From the NCBI GenBank assembly GCA_035528905.1, contig DATKXU010000002.1:56441-88440 (forward strand): a stretch of 32,000 nt of DNA. The letters run 5' to 3'. The notes beneath the pieces are model-generated. The model did no database searches and had not been told where the DNA came from. It saw only the letters and a list, made by a program, of their open reading frames with translations. The position numbers were made by a program, and so were the translations under genes. Numbering within the stretch: position 1 is the first letter of the stretch; each line of letters opens with the position of its first letter. Shown piece after piece: positions 28,260-32,000 of the stretch. Source of the DNA: Armatimonadota bacterium. Its GTDB lineage: Bacteria; Armatimonadota; UBA5829; DTJY01.

Positions 28260-28640
28260 ATGGATACAGCCAGGAAACGAGCATTGTTATACAAGCACAT
28301 AAGAAGCGGCATGCGATCAGACCGCGAATCTGCTGTAAACAGGATCCTCGGCAGGGAGAAACTGCCGACGGTCGGCCAGGTGGACTACTATGAAGTGCTT
28401 GGTAAGTACCTAACCTCGGAGGACGCCCTCTATGCCTTTCAGCGGGTTGTAGATGACCTAAGCCAGGGCTTACTGCACGGGATTTTCTGTGTGCTGGATG
28501 GGGCAACCGCAGTGACTGACTTCTATCAACCCGCTCTGATCGACCGCGATACCAAACAAGACCTCGCGCCAGAAGACAGCACATACCATGACGAGTTCTT
28601 TGACTACCTGTTGGACCAAGGGGACGAACTCGGCGTGTGA
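28260..28640 (+). CDS. Hypothetical 126-aa acidic protein
   Basis: Strong SD (AAGGAGGG) 8 nt upstream of the ATG. No TM segment and no recognisable motif. Confidence 0.6.
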   Translation: MDTARKRALLYKHIRSGMRSDRESAVNRILGREKLPTVGQVDYYEVLGKYLTSEDALYAFQRVVDDLSQGLLHGIFCVLDGATAVTDFYQPALIDRDTKQDLAPEDSTYHDEFFDYLLDQGDELGV

Positions 28641-28806
28641 TTTTCGAACACAGCGGTTAGCCCTGTTGACGTGCTAGACGAGAAGTGGGTATCGAGGCGG
28701 CCTTCCTCCTGGTTTTGATAGATTGGGAAACCGAGGAGGATCTGGCGCCGAGGAGCAGGAGACATTAACACGGTTTCTTCGATTATACGGGGAAAGGTGA
28801 TGCGTA

Positions 28807-29772
28807 ATGGATATATTCGCTGCTGTCACAGGTGGTGACGCTGCGGAGGTCACAAGGCTGCTCGACGCCGATCCCAGTCTTGTGGATGCGAAGGACGGAT
28901 TCGGGCTGACCCCTTTGCGGTGGGCAGCCTTCTATGGATACAAAGACATCGTGGAGCTGCTGCTTGATAGAGGCGCAAAGCTCAACCCCAAGGAGGAACA
29001 TGGCAGGACTCCTCTCTATTGGGCGGGCAAGGAAGGTCATATGGACGTACTGGATCTGCTCATTGCCAGGGGCGCCATTACAAAGGGCAATGCGACCAGA
29101 CTGCTATTTGTTGCAGCGGAAGATGGAAACTTGGAGCTGGCAAGAATCGCCATCGAAAAAGGAGCTGATATCAACGCCTCAAAGGGCGAGGACTTTGAGG
29201 ACTGGACACCGCTGCACGAGGCGGCAAGGGAAGGCCACGCCGAGGTCGTTAAACTCCTTCTTGCAAGCAGCGCTGACATCACGATAAGCTGGCATGGCAT
29301 GACACCGCTTCATCACGCAGCTAATGCGGAGGTTGCAGAGCTATTGATCGCAAACGGTGCAGACATTGAAGCCAGAGACCTTACGGGGCGGACTCCTCTG
29401 CGCACAGCAAGCGCCAGCGAAGTAGCAGCACTGTTGATCTCAAAAGGTGCGGACGTAAACGCTCGCAGCAATAATGGCGGCACCCCAGTGAACTCGCGCA
29501 AGGGGGTGGACAACAAGGACTTAATGGCAGTGCTCATTGCCGGGGGTGCAGATGTGAACGTGACGGACGGAGATGGTAGAACTGCGCTGAGCTACGCGGC
29601 CCAATATGATCTCCCAGAGTCAGCGAGACTATTCTTGGACCACGGCGCGGATATCAATGCCAAGGATAAGTCAGGGCGCACTCCCCTTGACTGGGCTGTA
29701 CGCCTTAGCCGGAAAGACACGGCTGACCTGCTGATTTCCAGAGGCGCCAAGATGAACACGGGTGGCAAGTGA
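28807..29772 (+). CDS. Ankyrin-repeat protein (~9 repeats)
   Basis: 321 aa. Repeated G-x-TPLH/R-x-A-x-x-G-H-x-x-V-x-x-LL-x-x-GA-D/K-x-N units (GLTPLRWAAFYGYKDIVELLLDRGAKLN, GRTPLYWAGKEGHMDVLDLLIARGA, WTPLHEAAREGHAEVVKLLLASSADI, and so on). No signal peptide. Confidence 0.9.
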   Translation: MDIFAAVTGGDAAEVTRLLDADPSLVDAKDGFGLTPLRWAAFYGYKDIVELLLDRGAKLNPKEEHGRTPLYWAGKEGHMDVLDLLIARGAITKGNATRLLFVAAEDGNLELARIAIEKGADINASKGEDFEDWTPLHEAAREGHAEVVKLLLASSADITISWHGMTPLHHAANAEVAELLIANGADIEARDLTGRTPLRTASASEVAALLISKGADVNARSNNGGTPVNSRKGVDNKDLMAVLIAGGADVNVTDGDGRTALSYAAQYDLPESARLFLDHGADINAKDKSGRTPLDWAVRLSRKDTADLLISRGAKMNTGGK

Positions 29773-29957
29773 TACAGTCGTGCCCTTGGCCCGACCAATC
29801 AGGGGTTCAATGCTCGTATAGTGTATGTTCATCAACACAGCTCACAAATGGATTCTACTAAGGCATACAAAGGAGGCTTAGGACAAGATGCGGATATTAG
29901 CGTATTTCCTGCTGGCTGTATGCCTGGCCGTCCGCGCAGCTCATTTAGCCTCTCTGG

Positions 29958-31523
29958 ATGGAATTTGGTGTCGTTATGGCTGCTTTGAACAAGTTCCGCG
30001 AGCACGCTGTTGTAATTGACTTTGGGGCGCAGTACAGCCAACTGATCGCGCGGCGGATACGCGAGTGCCGCGTTTATTCGGAGATCCTACCGCACGATGT
30101 TACCGCGAAGGAGATCGAGGCTCGGCGGCCTGCGGGAATAGTGTTGTCGGGCGGCCCGGCAAGCGTCTACGAGCCAGGCGCGCCCAAGATGGACACCCGC
30201 ATCCTCGAGCTTGGTATACCGATACTGGGCATCTGCTATGGAATGCAGATCATGGCTCATGCGCTGGGCGGTCGCGTCGAGCCGGGCCGGAAGCGGGAGT
30301 ACGGGAAGGCAGAACTCGAAGTGCTGAACCCGGATGAGTTGTTTTCCGGTTTGGACCGCCATCTGGTCGGCTGGATGAGTCATGGAGATTCGGTCCTGGA
30401 ACCGCCTCCTGGTTTCCGGATCCTGGCTCGCACTGCAAACACGGGCGTAGCCGCGATGTCGGATGGAGAGAGACACCTGTACGGGGTGCAGTTCCATCCA
30501 GAAGTTGTCCATACGCCTCGGGGCAAGGAGATACTTGAGAACTTTCTATATAGAGCCTGCGGGTGCAGCGCGTCGTGGACGATGAAGTCCTTCATTGAGA
30601 AGGCTACAGAGAGTATCAGGCAGCAAGTGGGCAACGGATCGGTAGTTTGCGGCCTGAGTGGGGGAGTGGACTCCGCCTGCGTCGCCACGCTTGTTCATCG
30701 CGCGGTCGGCGACCATCTTAGCTGCATCTTTGTGAACAACGGCTTGCTTCGAAAAGGCGAGCCGGAGATGGTTCAGAGAACCTTTCGCGACGTGTTCAAG
30801 ATGCGGTTGGTATACGTAGATGCGCAGGACCGGTTCCTGGAGAAACTGCGCGGTGTGAGTGACCCGGAGCGGAAGAGGAACATTATCGGGGAGGAGTTCG
30901 TCAGAATATTTGAAGAAGAAGCTGCAAAACTCGGCAAAGCTCAATTCCTTGCACAAGGTACTATATACCCCGATGTAGTAGAGAGCGGCACAGGCTGCGC
31001 AGCTAGGATCAAGACTCACCACAACGTAGGCGGCCTACCAGAGGACATGAAGTTGGAACTGGTGGAGCCACTACGGCAGCTCTTCAAGGATGAAGTGCGA
31101 GTGGTCTGTCACGAGCTGGGTCTGCCTGATGAGATCACCTGGCGACACCCATTTCCCGGTCCTGGTCTTGGAGTACGACTCGTCGGCGAGCTCACTAAAG
31201 AACGCCTGGACATGCTGCGGGAAGCCGACGCAATCGTCGTGGAAGAGATAAAGGCATCCGGACTCTACCGCGAGTTGTGGCAGACCTTTGCGATTCTTCT
31301 TCCCGTGCAATGCGTTGGAGTGATGGGTGACCAGCGAACTTATGCAAGCCCTGTTGTCCTGAGGGCGGTGACGAGCGAAGATGCGATGACCGCTGATTGG
31401 GCCAGGCTGCCTTATGACTTGCTCGAGCGCATCAGCAACCGCATAATCAACGAGGTCCACGGTGTAAACCGCGTCCTGTACGATGTGAGTTCAAAGCCTC
31501 CTTCAACCATCGAATGGGAGTAG
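29958..31523 (+). CDS. guaA: GMP synthase (glutamine-hydrolysing)
   Basis: 521 aa. The alternative ATG 29976 gives [30 protein letters not shown]. GATase motif GICYGMQ, ATP-PPase SGGVDS, C-terminal PPSTIEWE. Confidence 0.96.
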   Translation: MEFGVVMAALNKFREHAVVIDFGAQYSQLIARRIRECRVYSEILPHDVTAKEIEARRPAGIVLSGGPASVYEPGAPKMDTRILELGIPILGICYGMQIMAHALGGRVEPGRKREYGKAELEVLNPDELFSGLDRHLVGWMSHGDSVLEPPPGFRILARTANTGVAAMSDGERHLYGVQFHPEVVHTPRGKEILENFLYRACGCSASWTMKSFIEKATESIRQQVGNGSVVCGLSGGVDSACVATLVHRAVGDHLSCIFVNNGLLRKGEPEMVQRTFRDVFKMRLVYVDAQDRFLEKLRGVSDPERKRNIIGEEFVRIFEEEAAKLGKAQFLAQGTIYPDVVESGTGCAARIKTHHNVGGLPEDMKLELVEPLRQLFKDEVRVVCHELGLPDEITWRHPFPGPGLGVRLVGELTKERLDMLREADAIVVEEIKASGLYRELWQTFAILLPVQCVGVMGDQRTYASPVVLRAVTSEDAMTADWARLPYDLLERISNRIINEVHGVNRVLYDVSSKPPSTIEWE

Positions 31524-31528
31524 AGACA

Positions 31529-32000
31529 GTGAATCCGGCAGCCATCGCCGAGTCGCTCCTGACTGAAAAGCAAATAGCCCAGCGTGTGGCTGAACTTGGG
31601 CGGCAGATTTCCGATGATTATAAGGGGAAGGACCTCGTACTGGTAGGCATACTGAAGGGGGCGTTTGTCTTTCTCGCCGACCTTGTGAGAAGCATTTCCA
31701 TTCCAGTCAGGATTGATTTCGTATCCATTTCCAGCTATGGGACTTCCACCCAGTCTTCGGGTGTAGTAAGAATAATCAAGGACCTGGACGAGCCGGTGGA
31801 GAACAAGCATGTGCTCGTCGTGGAAGACATCGTTGATACAGGTTGGACGCTCAAGTTGAGCTACCTCATGGAGAGCCTCCGCGCCAAGAAGGCTTCGAGC
31901 GTCCGCGTTTGCACCCTACTCGACAAGCCCAGCCGCCGCGAGGCGGATGTGCAGCTCGACTACGTAGGGTTCGTTATCCCGAGGAAGTTTGTGGTAGGCT
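31529..32000 (+). CDS. hpt: Hypoxanthine phosphoribosyltransferase, 3'-truncated by the window edge
   Basis: Absent from the ORF track because no stop falls in the window. GTG 31529 lies 8 nt after GGGAG. My own translation reads VNPAAIAESLLTEKQIAQRVAELGRQISDDYKGKDLVLVGILKGAFVFLADLVRSISIPVRIDFVSISSYG...VLVVEDIVDTGWTL...CTLLDKPSRRE. Confidence 0.9.
   Translation, partial: MNPAAIAESLLTEKQIAQRVAELGRQISDDYKGKDLVLVGILKGAFVFLADLVRSISIPVRIDFVSISSYGTSTQSSGVVRIIKDLDEPVENKHVLVVEDIVDTGWTLKLSYLMESLRAKKASSVRVCTLLDKPSRREADVQLDYVGFVIPRKFVVG

Noticed and set aside
29800-29887. Purine or other riboswitch upstream of guaA.
   Set aside because: Only a short 6-bp stem and a GGAT..CTAC fragment are present. The conserved three-way-junction core of the purine riboswitch is absent and the region is too short.

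Overview
High-GC bacterial chromosomal segment (GC judged by eye, not computed). Almost all genes are on the + strand and are housekeeping. In order: the 3' part of a giant repeat-module surface protein (open from nt 1); two paralogous proteins with a signal peptide and a C-terminal TM helix; an LptD/OstA-like beta-barrel outer-membrane protein with an N-terminal Big_1 Ig domain; contiguous uvrB-uvrA-uvrC; ogt; a DUF360/holin-family membrane protein; rapZ-yvcK with no whiA; gap-pgk-tpiA; a DUF72 protein; CIRCE-groES-groEL; guaA; and hpt, which runs off the 3' edge. The OMP suggests a diderm organism, and the uvrC/rapZ/yvcK/gap-pgk-tpi order resembles Terrabacteria-type synteny. I cannot assign the taxon from sequence alone. 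Two visibly more AT-rich accessory inserts interrupt this backbone. (i) 14.55-17.1 kb is the only minus-strand operon. It encodes a sigma-70-like protein, an XRE-HTH + ImmA/IrrE (HEIAH) metalloprotease fusion, a 130-aa PD-(D/E)xK-like protein and an 86-aa orphan, and it abuts the uvrC stop codon with a 4-nt gap. This is my best candidate for an uncharacterised TA/defence or damage-sensing module. (ii) 27.2-29.8 kb holds an IS3-family relic, three small orphan ORFs and a nine-repeat ankyrin protein, which looks like a decayed toxin/immunity-type islet. The non-coding DNA is also unusual. A 26-nt GGGAGGGCGAAGCTCCTGCTGAGCCG unit forms hairpins at two loci. Mosaics of different 6-14-nt tandem repeats lie upstream of ogt and rapZ and share a 27-nt terminal box, and a fragment of the same mosaic sits in frame inside uvrC. 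No rRNA, tRNA or CRISPR array was recognised.
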